Assembly (NCBI GenBank): GCA_002633005.1 | Contig: NMRA01000022.1 | Coordinates: 555,715 to 619,714, forward strand | Direction of reading: 5' to 3' | DNA from: Phoronis australis | Lineage: Eukaryota; Animalia; Phoronida | DNA: 64,000 bases | Shown: one piece after another, positions 1 through 11,800 of the stretch | Layout: each line of letters starts with the position of its first letter | How positions within the stretch are numbered: the first letter of the stretch is position 1 | Position numbers and translations under genes: made by a program | The notes under the pieces: generated by a model | What the model saw: only the letters and a program-made list of their open reading frames with translations | What the model was told of the DNA's origin: nothing | The model's database searches: none

Positions 1-2286
1 TGCAGTGCTATAAAAGAAAGTTTAATGATGGTGGCAAAGTAAATGAGGGTTTTAAGCACTGAATGCAGAGCGACTTGAGGAGACCACCAAAGCGCCATCT
101 ATTGAAATGTCTGAGAATTATGAGTGTTTTTTAAAATAAGCTTTTAGAAATCAGTAAATTAACAAGTTTTGAGAACAGTGAGTTACGTTGCCATGCAGTA
201 ATTATCTGAAAATAAACCACAGACATCAAAATTGGGAAACTGTGAAGTGAGTTTTAAGCTAAGGTTGGATGCATAAAAACAATTTTTGAGGAGCGAGTGT
301 TGTTGACGAATGATTTGACTATGAAAATATGAATACTGTGGGAATTGAAGGTTTCCATAAACCAGGATTCACAAAGACATAGGAATTAAAAACCTCCCAT
401 TTGGTTTCAAATGCAGACAACAATTTCTAAATCTAGGCTTAATACAGATATCTATCTGGTCTATTAAGCATTCCCGTGCACCTATTTAACAGCAGGTAAC
501 AATGACACTAACATAACTTTTTTGAGGAATTCAATTTCAGGAGCTAAAAAAATAAAAGAATCACCAGGTTTAGTCCATTTTATTTGTTGTAGCTAAAGTG
601 AAGCCATTGCTGATGTAGAATTTGATCAACTGGACACAACAGGACCTCAGAACAGATTTCCTGATAAACAGGCCTTTTGACGACAACAGGATTTGTTCAA
701 ATCTGTTGCTGGAGTACATGGTGCTGTGGAAAAGGTTGACTTTCAAATGTGCTTTTAATGAACAAGTCCCAACTGTATTGACTGGTGTATGCCTAAACAT
801 GGGAAGTGAATACAACTTTATAGCAATGACAAACAGGGTAAATTGCTCTTAAACAGTGCTCAAAACCCCCTGGGTGTTTAATAAATTGGGGAGCCTGAAA
901 ATCTGGGTTGGGCTTACTACCAAAATTGGGGTAGAGTGCTTAATCTGAGCCAGAGTCACCCTTTTACCTTTGAAATTAAAGTTCACACACCTGAAATTCA
1001 AAGAATTTGGCATAAAACAACTTGCTCATGGAAAAGTTGAATCAGGGTTTTTTAGCCGACACATGCATTCGAGAATTTCAACTTGAAGTGGGAGAAAATA
1101 TACGTTAAAGAAATACCCGCCAAAATTCTAGGACTGACTGCCTGTATGAAAGTCACCAAAGTCATTCAAGGTGCAAAGTTCAAATTTTTTAACTTTAACG
1201 CCTGAAAGAGTTCCTGGTCAAATGGCGTGATGATGAACGAGAACGATGCAAAAAAAAGTCTTGCAGCTTTGTTGGTTACATATTCAACAAGAGCAATGCA
1301 GAGCGTTGAAATGTGCCCACAAATGCACCGCAAACCGTGTGCTTCTAGAGTTGTTTATTTGTATAATAAAAATGGCCACTAGATGACGCAAAATGTCCAA
1401 TCTATCTGAAAATGGAACATACCATCGCTTCTTTAATAGAAAGCTATTTACCAAATTTCATAAAAATCTGTCAAGGAACTTCAGAGAAACACAAGAAAAC
1501 GAAAAAAAAAAGAAATTACCACAAGGGGGCACAGCATCCGCCTGAAACATGTCGTTTCCTATTGTTGGCTTCATGTAAATACACTTACTAAGTTTAATAA
1601 AGATCCTGCTGTGGGTTTTGAGATACAGCTATGGGCGCAATACAAAACTACCATTAGGAGGTGCCACAGTATTCAAAGTCGTCATCGTCAACCATCCTCA
1701 TCACTCAGAGAACATAAATGCCAATTCTCAGAATCATCCTTAGAATGGTTTGGTTGATAGAGAGGTGGACGCCAGAAAACTGACAAAAAACAAAAAATGG
1801 CCACTAGGTGGTGCAAAATACCTCAAATCCATAACCTCACCAATAGATGTCTAGACTTCAAATTTTATGGAACTCCATTGAGGACCTTTGAATATACAGA
1901 GGTAAACGTAAAAAACTAAAATTGCCAATAGGGGGCACACTGACAGTCAGATCCTTGCGAAAGTAGTCATCGACCATGGTCAACATCATAAAAATAAACT
2001 TGCTAAATTTAGTAAAGATCCTCTAAATGGTTTAGGATATACACCCAAGGGCGCAAAAAACAAAATTGCCACTAGGAGGCACCACAGTAGTCGAAGTCGT
2101 TGGAAAACCATCGTAAGACTTTCCCCTCATAGTAAGAACATACATGCCAACTTTCACAATCATCCTTAGAACGGTTTGGTTGGAAGAGGGGTGGATGCCA
2201 AAAAAAACACTTGAAAACAGTAAAAATGGCCACTAGGTGGTGCAAAATACCTCGAATACATCCGAAAACGGGAGGATAGCGTCATC

Positions 2287-5200
2287 CAATGAGATAAATA
2301 TAGCTAGAGTTGACATAACGTGGCTTTCAATGAGCGAAGTGGTCCGCCATCTTGCTGATGAACCATGTTATTCGAGATGCGTGTGTACTGTGTAGTATCT
2401 AGAAACTAATATTGGTAACAACACAGGGTTTCAAGTAAAAACTCATAACTTCAATGTTAGGATTATCAAATGCAAACTATGATTTTTAGAAAATCATCCA
2501 ATAAAATCATAGAATGCTTGAGGACAGAATTAAAAGGTCATGACACTTATCATTAGTTATTGCAGAAAACATCAAAAATAAAGTTTGATTTCAAGTATAA
2601 CCCAAAATCAATGATATAATAGTTTTTGGTCTTTCAAGGTTTAAAAATTCAAACTGAAATAAAATGATTTTGTGGGTGAGAATCCGATCGCAGAAACAAT
2701 ATTGTTCAACTTAATTTGGTCCTTAGAACACCCGCTCAAGTCGATGTTTCATGTTCTTTGCTTGACTTTCCTTCTTAGTCCCATATGTCTTTAAGGGTTT
2801 AGTGACTTTATTCTCTCCAAGATATCTGTTGTTTTTTAGATATGAAGAAACCCAAAAAGTGATTACAAGATTAACAATTGTACATTTTTACAACGTGGAC
2901 ACCAATTTCAAAGATTTATTAATAAAGTCAGGTTATTAGGAATAGGGCAGAATCGAAGGACGGGATACCCAAGAATGCTACACCCTACAATGTTATATTG
3001 GGACGGTAGATGGGTTGTTTCTATAGATTTCAAGAAGTGGGACAAATGTTATGTAGCCTAGCAAGCTATTAAAATCTGTAATTGTCTTACCTGAGGAAAA
3101 CCATCATTTTTATATTCTGTTTTGTTAATGGTCTTCTGATACTTACACTGTATTAATGCCTGGGTATGTACGACAGGGCAGATCGAGTTTACGACCATTG
3201 AGTTTTGTCATATTTAACCGTATGTTGTGGCGGGAGGGGGTTGTCAATATAAATGTACTAGTATCGTAATCGTTCGGGTTAACGCCCATGTTCAGTTAAC
3301 CGCCCATCCCCGACTGTGGATTTCCGATTTAACCGCCCACTGCTCGGTTAACCGCCCTCCCCCGATTTTTTAAGAGTTCCAGTTAAGCGCCCACCTCTCG
3401 GTTAAGCGCCCACCCCGACTTTTAAAGAATGAAGATTTAGCGCCTAGTGCTAAGGAAACGCGCGATTCCCCGACTTTTAGAAAAAGATCGATGATCACAA
3501 TGAGTGCAACGACGCCGGGACTCCGAGACGGTGGTTTAGCAATCTGAATCACAACACAGGTAAAGAGTTATTGTCTTGGGTCATGAACTCACTTCAAAAT
3601 ACTTGAACCTTTTTGTCACTTTATTTTCTTCCCTTGTTTGCAAAGTTTAAGAACGCCGCCGGCGTCAAAACCTCCGCTTTCAGCGACTTTGTCTGCCGCA
3701 CTGAGTTTCCGTCTGCAGTGCACTAGATAAAACATATATTCGAAAAAATCAGGCCAGAGAAATGTGACAATGGTTTTGCCAACCCTCCAAATTCTATTAA
3801 GGTGGGAAGCTCTCGTATTTTGAACAAATCTCACAACTCACGGAAAGATGTCAAATTCTCAATATTTTGATGAATATAACTGCCGGGTTATAGAGGATGT
3901 GGGGCGACCGAAGGGACAGTACAAGTGCCTTACTGGGTTACCGATTTCGTTGCTGCCTGTCGATTTCTGAATTCAAACGTTGGCAATAATGTATGTTTGT
4001 GTATGATCTTGAAGTAATAAAAAACGGCTAGTCAAATTTTGTTTTTCGCTTATTGCATCTCAGTCAAACTGGTTAGCAGATTTAACTAATGTCGCTGGCT
4101 GTTCTTTACTATTTCTTGCATCAGCCCCCACGTAAGCGTGACTGTGTGAATTATCGTTTCCACATCCCCTTTTTAGCCATCCAGAATAATTTTGTTTATA
4201 CATTGGCCATTTTCAGCCTGAACAAAAATTCTTACCATTCGAGTCTGAAATATCTACGACGTAGACTGCTTGACGATAGTGGGTAGGAGATTCATGCAGC
4301 TAGTTACAGGGATGGGCTTAGGGAGCATCGAGCCGGGAAATATGGGAATAGACTTGACATCGCAGTTTTGGGGAACATTGGCAACGGAGGAATATCGTAA
4401 AGAACTGGGTCTTTCGTAACAACAGCTTAAAAGTACATAGTCACGCCCGTTTTTGTTACTTCGTCGGACTGTCGCTATGTGTGACTGATTTGTAGTGGTG
4501 CACGTGCGCAAGTTCCCACACTTTGGAGTGCATGTTACCTTGACACCAACATGTGATTGACAGGTGACTCACACGTAGGCCCTACGTGCGTGCTGAATAC
4601 CGCCACTATCTTTGGCCATAAAAAACGAGATGCATATTGAAAGAGGCCGTTATATTACTTGACGGCATTTCCAAGTCACGATTGTCAGCCGACTGAGACA
4701 TTGCGCGATAACAGCGGGACCGAACAGTGCCGCAGTGCGATATTACAAGTGATATAAATAGGATAATCTGGACATCTTGCATGAAAAATAAATGTTTTTC
4801 CACCACGAAGTTTGGTAAGGTGATCGTTTAGAATAATGAATTGAAACATTGCTGTTTTCTGACATTTTGTAACATATTTATGCAGTTGCTTGAAATTTTA
4901 TTCTTGATCGACGACTGGCTCGACCACCCCCGATCCTTGTCTTACTTCTTTGCATAGCATGTTTGGCGCAACGGCAAGAGAGCAATGCCGGGCTGTCGAG
5001 ATAAGACAGCTAGCCGCAGAACCATACGCTGAAAATGTCATTGAGTCACGGAGTGTCGACTATAACATCCCAAACACAAAAAAAAACAGCAGAGTTTTTC
5101 AAACTTTTATTACAACCAATTTTAAAACTGCTCTCTGACTCAGAACTTGACAGCTACATATAGTACGAGACCATAAATTTGATGTCTGACCTCTGCAACA

Positions 5201-7357
5201 CGTGAAGCTTGCACGCGCGCACTTAAGCAGGGTCACATCTTGAAACAGTTTTAATTCAAGTGGAGGCTTCGTGGTCACTGGTCGTCTGCGCACCGCAGGA
5301 CGGCATGGGGCTATTACTCAGCAATTTTGTAAATTTAATAGTGAATGACTAATCTGAGGACAAGAGAACCTTTGTTGGGATCATCCGCTGTTATGACGTT
5401 TTCACAGTCATTTGGCGACGTGACGATGAAGCTCTTTGAAAAGGGCTACGCGTTCCGAGTATGAGTGTCGTGTCGGGATTTAGATCGCCAGGTAAGATTA
5501 ACCGCCCTGGGCGGTTGACTGTCGTAATAAGCGCCCATGTTCGGTTAACCGCCCATCCCCTACTTTAGGTGGATTTTCGATTTAACCGCCCACTGCTCGG
5601 TTAACCGCCCTCCCGCGATTTTTTGGGTTCGCCAATTTAACCGCCCAGGGCGTTAACCCGAACGATTACGGTAACATAATTGTGTGCCCGTAAATGTCTG
5701 GTCCAACTGAATTGATGGATTAAGTTAGCGTTGGTTGAAATCTGACTTATGCTGAATTGGAGTGCATGTACCAGTACGGTACAACAACTTTGTACTAGTT
5801 AGACATTTCCCTTTTACTGTCACGGTGTGTTTTTCTGCGTGATTGTGATATTTTGAAATAAATCAAAACTTTATTGTTTGAAATGGTTACAGTATCTCAA
5901 TGTGTTGTTTCTGTGAGAACAATTTTTGTTGTCCTCCTTCTGAATGGCCAATCAGATGGACGCAGTGTGCTTGTTATTGACAGAAAAAATTCTGCGATTC
6001 CGCACATCATGATCGGATAACAGCGGACATTGATTGGTGTAAAAAATAATATAGGTAAAAATTAATAATGCCAACACCATTTTAAAACTCTAGTTCCGCT
6101 TATATACATGTATCGCAGTCGTAGTGTTGTTTTACAACACAGTCTATGACACAACTGTTTGAACTGTGAGACCATGTCGCTGCAAATTAAACAAATTACC
6201 AGTTCACCACGCTAAGATGAATTAGGTACTAGGACAAGTAATACCAGATTGGTAAAGAAAAGTTATGTGCGTATCACTGAAGCAATTTTTCTTGAGACAA
6301 CTCAGCACACCTTACAAGCGTTTTATTTAAAAAAAACAACAAAAAACATCTGCATATTGATGTAATTATTATTCCTTGGTATAACTTAAAGTAGACAATT
6401 CTAATCACCTTTTGGGAAATTAGGTCTGTGCAAATGCATACTTCGACCTACTAGCTTCAGCTGACCAAGCAATGGTGTTCACAGGCACATGTGGCCAGCT
6501 GATATACACGTGTGTCTTACCAACCAGTACACAGTGTTTTTGGTGTCATTTATGCATTCTTCTTTTTTATTGAAATATTTAACGTTAACATATCAGTTTC
6601 TGTAACTCCATCGTTTTGCAAAATTTTGCTCCCAACTTTTATTCAAACTGACCAATGCCCTCAATTCTGAATACACACATGTACACAAACATGTACAGTT
6701 CTATTTGTCAATTGTTGCATATAATGACACAACTTTACATGCACGCATACTGCTGTTTGTATGCTGATCAATTTCCATGGGTTTCTATTATTTTTTTTCT
6801 AGTTAGTGTTCATGTCTTTCACATGAACGCATGCCTCAAATCTTTTTGTTCGAATAAATCAAGTGGCGTCGGGTCGCGGTATTTTTAGACCCCTACTAAA
6901 AACTTTGGGAACGCAGTGATGCAATGGCGTGCCAGAGACCGGCTCCCTTTGACAGCTGATTGCCTTGTCGATTTATAAACAACTGAAGAATACGTGCTAT
7001 ACAATTAAAACGAAGAAAAAAAGGTTAATGATGTCGCTGTATAATACCATTTTGTAAACTTTATACATTTCAGTGCCAGGCCCTAGAAGCACTCCGTGAC
7101 AATTTCAGTCAAAGCATTAGGAATTTTGTCTTTGCAATGGCTTATAGAACCGTTTAAGCAATGCGTGGGTCACGTTTACATTGCTTTATGTTACCAATAT
7201 TTTGAAACCTTGTCAGTATTTAAAATTTCAGATTTTATTCTAAAACTTCCCCAGCTTCCATAAGGCCACCATGCTTAGTTTTAACATAGCATTCGTCATC
7301 AATATGGCAGACCGCGTGTCACGCGCTGTTTGGTTTGCAAGTGTAGTCGTGCCATTG
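2287..7357. mobile_element. Decayed ~5.07-kb cut-and-paste DNA transposon (P- or hAT-like)
   Basis: Flanked by 8-bp direct repeat gcgtcatc (2279-2286, 7358-7365); termini caatg...cattg; subterminal inverted match ggtccgccatcttgctgatgaa (2341) vs ttcgtcatcaatatggcagacc (7292); host monomer resumes in register after it. No recognisable transposase. Confidence 0.6.
3264..5671. mobile_element. Non-autonomous Tc1/mariner-pogo-type element nested in the 5-kb insertion
   Basis: 24-bp TIRs tcgtaatcgttcgggttaacgccc / gggcgttaacccgaacgattacgg flanked by TA; many subterminal ttaaccgccc motifs; ~80-bp direct repeat at ~3285 and ~5535. No transposase ORF seen. Confidence 0.85.
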
Positions 7358-8877
7358 GCGTCATCTCACTAATAGATGCCTATCTGCCAAATTTTATGAA
7401 AATTCGTTGAGGACATTAGAAGATACAGAGGTGAACGTAAGAACAAAAAAATTGCTACTAGGGGGCGCAAGCATAGTCCGATCCATGTGAAAGTCGTCGT
7501 TGTTCATTGTCAACGTCATATAAATATACTTGCAAAAAATAAAATTGCCACTAGAAGGTGCCACAATAGTCGAAGTCGTCGGAAAATCAACGTCAGCCGC
7601 CCTCTTTACAGAAAGAATGCGTGCCAATTTTCAAAATCATACCCAGAGCGATTTGGTTGATAGACGGGCAGAAGCCAAAAAACGGACTCGAACAGTAAAA
7701 ATGGCCACCAGGTGGTGCAAAGTACATCAAATCCGTCCGAAAAAGGGAGGATATCATTCATTGGCGTCATCTCACTAATAGACGCCTAACTGCCAAGTTT
7801 TGTGAAAATCCATTGAGGACCTCCAAGATACAGACTGAGGTAAGCGTAGAAAATTAAAATTGCCACTAGGGGGCAAACCGGTAGTCGGATAGGTCCGAAA
7901 TTTGTCGTCAACCGTCTTCAGCTTGATGGAAACACATCTATCAAATTTCATCAAGATCCTGTGAGGGGTTTAGGCGATACAGCTGCGGACGCCGGATGTC
8001 CAGACAGAGATGACGGCAATATGCGACTACATATAAATATGTGGGCACAAAATAATTAGTTTTGCATGAAATAAAAAGCGTCTATTTAATATTAAGTATT
8101 TTCAGAAGGTGCGGAAATTCAAAATTTTCTCCTAAGTGGTATTGAACACGTGCCCACTGAAGAACACGAAAATGATGTTGAGCTCATGAAAATCAAATGG
8201 CACCTGGTGTTGCTCCACCTGCAACTCGGCATAAAATATGAACATAATCTAAACGTTTTTACTACGATATCACACCAACATTTCCCAGGTCTAAGCGTGA
8301 TTTTCACGATGTGATCTTTAAAACGTCAAGGTTACCAAAATCGACTGGCACCTGATACAAAATATGAATGAAATCTAAAGCTTCCTTCATGTGATATCTT
8401 GCTATTAACCACATTTTCCAAGTGAAACTCAATGTTCTCCCAGTGATCTTGAACGTGACGTCAGTGTCACCAAACGGTGAGTTTAAAGTATCGGTAATTT
8501 CTGCAACTGCACCCAAGTTTTTGTGTTTTGTGAGGGTTGGGTTCAATCAGTTTTATTTTATTTGCAGGGCTTCATCACAGATGCCAAAATTGAATCCATG
8601 TAAGCAACAAAATGGGGGGGGGGGTGAAACTCGTTTATTGTGAAAACATTTTTTGTGTTTCACGTAGGGAAACTTTTTTACGGTTAAAACATGTGCTACA
8701 CAGTACCATTGAATGGGACTCAAGAGTTTCAAAAGCAACTGCCCATTTCCAAAAAAGCACTCAGGGGACATTGCTGGGTTTGTATCTGCTCTTAATTTTC
8801 CAGATTTCTATGACACCATCCAAAGCATGGTTGCAGAACTTCCTGGTACCAATAATCGGTGGTTAAAACTGTCTTAC

Positions 8878-11800
8878 CAATTTGCCACTTGAATGCAATG
8901 CAGAGCTGTAGTTCCATCTGTAGGTACATGTCTAAACTATATTGAGGCGTGACCGTGCTGAGAAAGTCAGGAGCTTTCGGAATTGTAACTTCTTTCTCTT
9001 CAAACTTAGCTACAATTAGTAAATTAGTATATTCAGAGACAAGAAGAGTAATTACAACCAGATAAAACAAATATGGTAATTAATTATTTTGAAAGGCGGG
9101 AGCTTGTATCAAATTTTAGAAATTGGAAACTCATTTCTCATTTAAAATGTGTGTTAATGTCAAAAAGGTGCAATTAAAGTGCTAGAATCTTTTAGAACAA
9201 AAGCAACATGGAGCGTTGACACATGACTAGCATGTGCACCGCATCCACTGCAGAAACAAGAGATAATTATTATTTTAAACATTCCCACTGAACAAAGCAA
9301 TTCTAGCCAAATTTTGTTAATGGTCTCTAAGGGGGAAAAGAAAGCTGGAAATGCTCTCCTCAGTAGGAACACACCTGCCAATTTCATAGTGAATCTTCAA
9401 GCAATTTGGATGATAGGGAGACAGGCGAAAAAGGACTTGGGGGGGAGGGGCAATGTAGGTCAAATCAATATGAAACAGGGCAGGTGCTGTCATCTCCCTG
9501 ATAGTACCTTAACTGCCAAATATCAGGAACACCCATCAATAAACTTGGTAGATATCAAGGAAAACACAACCAAAACTGACACTAATCGACTTTTGTCCCA
9601 AAATCCACATCAGTTATATTCTTTGAAATAGAAATACCTGCCAAATTTCATTAAGATCCATCCAGGAACTTGTATTGAATGAACTACATGCAAAAAATTG
9701 CCACAAGATGGCATCACAGCAGTCAGACCCAATCGAAAATCATTTTCAGCCATGTACTTCCCAGTAGAAATATGTATCTAATTTCCATAATGATCCTTAG
9801 AGCAGTTTGGCCGGTAGAGAAGCAGATGCCAAAAACCAGACTCGAAGAAAAATGACCACTACATAGTGTAAGATATGTTGAATCCATCCAAAAATAGGAC
9901 AGTTTGTCTATTTAATTTTTATAAATGTTTATTACGAAAAATACAACGTACAACGAGAAGAGCAGCACGAAAAATCATCAGCTGTATGATTTCCAGCAGG
10001 AACCCAAATGCCAATTTTCATAATTATCCTTCAAGTACTTTGCCTGATAAAGAGGCAGACACAAAAAACAAACTAGACAAGAGCAACGCGGAGCATTGAA
10101 ATGTGCCCATGAATGCATCGCAAATGGTGTGCTTTTAGGGTTATTTATTCATATCATAAAAATGGCCACTAGATGGTGCAAAAAACATACAATCCATCCA
10201 AAAACGGAAACATGCCATATTTCATAAAAATCTGTCAAGGAACTTCAGAGAAACAAAGGAAAACAGAATAGAATGAAATTGTTACTTGTGGGCACAGCGT
10301 CCGTTGGAGCCACCTGAAAGTAGTCATCATCTATTGTTATTTTCATATAAATACACTTACTTAATTTAATAATGATCCTGCAGTGGGTTTAGGAGATACA
10401 GCTATGGGCGCAAAACAAAACAGAACTACCACTAGGAGGCGCCACAGCAGTCAATCGCCATCATCAAGCGTCCTCTTCACACTGAGAACATATATGCCAA
10501 TTTTCAGAAGCATCCCTAGAATGATTTGGTTGATAAAGGGGTGGACGCCAAAAACAAGATTTGAAAACAGCAAAAATGGCCACTAGGTGGTGCAAAATAC
10601 CTCAATTCCATCCAAAAACAGGAGAATAGCGTTATCTCACCAATACATGCCTATATTCAAAATTTTATGAAAATCTGTTGAGGATCTTTGAAGATACAGA
10701 GGCCAACGTAAAAATCTAAAATTGCCACTAGGAGGCACACCAGTAGTCAAATCTGTCCAAAAGTCGACATCGTCCATTGTCAACATCATATAAAACACTT
10801 GCTAAATTAAGTAAAGATCCTGCAAACGGTTTATTAGATACAGCCATAAGTACAAAAAAAGACTGCCACCAGGAGTCGCTAGAGTACTTGAAGTCGTCGG
10901 AAAATCATTATCAGCCCTTCACTTTATAGTAAAAACACACATGCCAATTTTCACTGTTATCCTGAAAGCGGTTTGCTTGATAGACAAGTGGACGCCAAAA
11001 AACAGACTCGAAAACAGTAAAAATGACTACTAGGTAGCACAAACTAGGTCAAATCCATCTGAAAACAGAGAGATAGTGTTACCTCATTAACAGATGCCAA
11101 ATTACGTTGAGGACCTTTGAAGATACAGAGGTTAACGTAAAAAAATAAAATTGCCACTAGGAGGCACACCAGTAGTCAGATCTGTTCGAAAGCTGTCCGC
11201 CTCAGTTGTTAACATCATATAAATACACTTACTAAATTTAGTAAAGATCCTGCGAACGCTTTAGGAGCTACATCCACAGGCGCGAAAAAAATGCCAGTAG
11301 GAGGCGCCATCGGAAAATCATTGTCATCTGTCCACTTTGCAGTAAAAACATACATTCAAGAAAACAACAACAGTTTTAAGACTTGACATGTTTCGGTGTC
11401 ATTTATTCAACACCATCCTCAGAAGTCATAATACAGTGGCCACCTAGCTAGGCCCAGCAACAAGTAATGAAGCACAGATACAGTCAGTTACAGGGAGTGA
11501 CAATGAACTACACCAACAATGACAACCTGTGGTGTGTCAGTTGCCTATTGAGATTGGGCTTGCACCAACTGATGTGTAAAGCCTCATGAATTTTAAGCTC
11601 CTTTGTTGAGTTTTCCTTGAGCAATTTTGGCGTAAAACCCAGCATAGGGTATTTTAAAGTACTTGTAGTTAGTTTTGTCTACAAGATGAACATCATCAGG
11701 GTTACGTTGGAGTCTTGTTTTCAGTACCTGATTGACTAATTCTAGGGGATAGCCATTCTTTTGCAAATTCGTTGTAAGTTCTTTAATATTAGAATCAAAT

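Larger units (their letters stand above)
1286..8052 (+). mobile_element. Helentron-associated (HINE/DINE-1-like) non-autonomous element with internal tandem array, split by a 5-kb insertion
   Basis: 5' end aacaagagcaatgcagagcgttgaaatgtgcccac; subterminal inverted pair tgtgcccac / gtgggcaca (8041); ~145-bp diverged monomers at 1340-2286 and 7358-7990; ggac/caga-rich tract and 3' hairpin acatat-aa-atatgt (8029-8042) before an A-run. Same ends recur at 10076-14002 and, inverted, 46361-47570. Confidence 0.7.

Noticed and set aside
1-860. Coding-like broken frames (e.g. EAIADVEFDQLDTTGPQNRFPDKQAF*)
   Set aside because: Multiple stops, no recognisable family; too weak to call a pseudogene.
1-8877. 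Remaining cyclin J exons (LPTAAHF..., FLEVSLQ-like)
   Set aside because: Not found by eye on the minus strand; probably left of the window, so truncation is not claimed.
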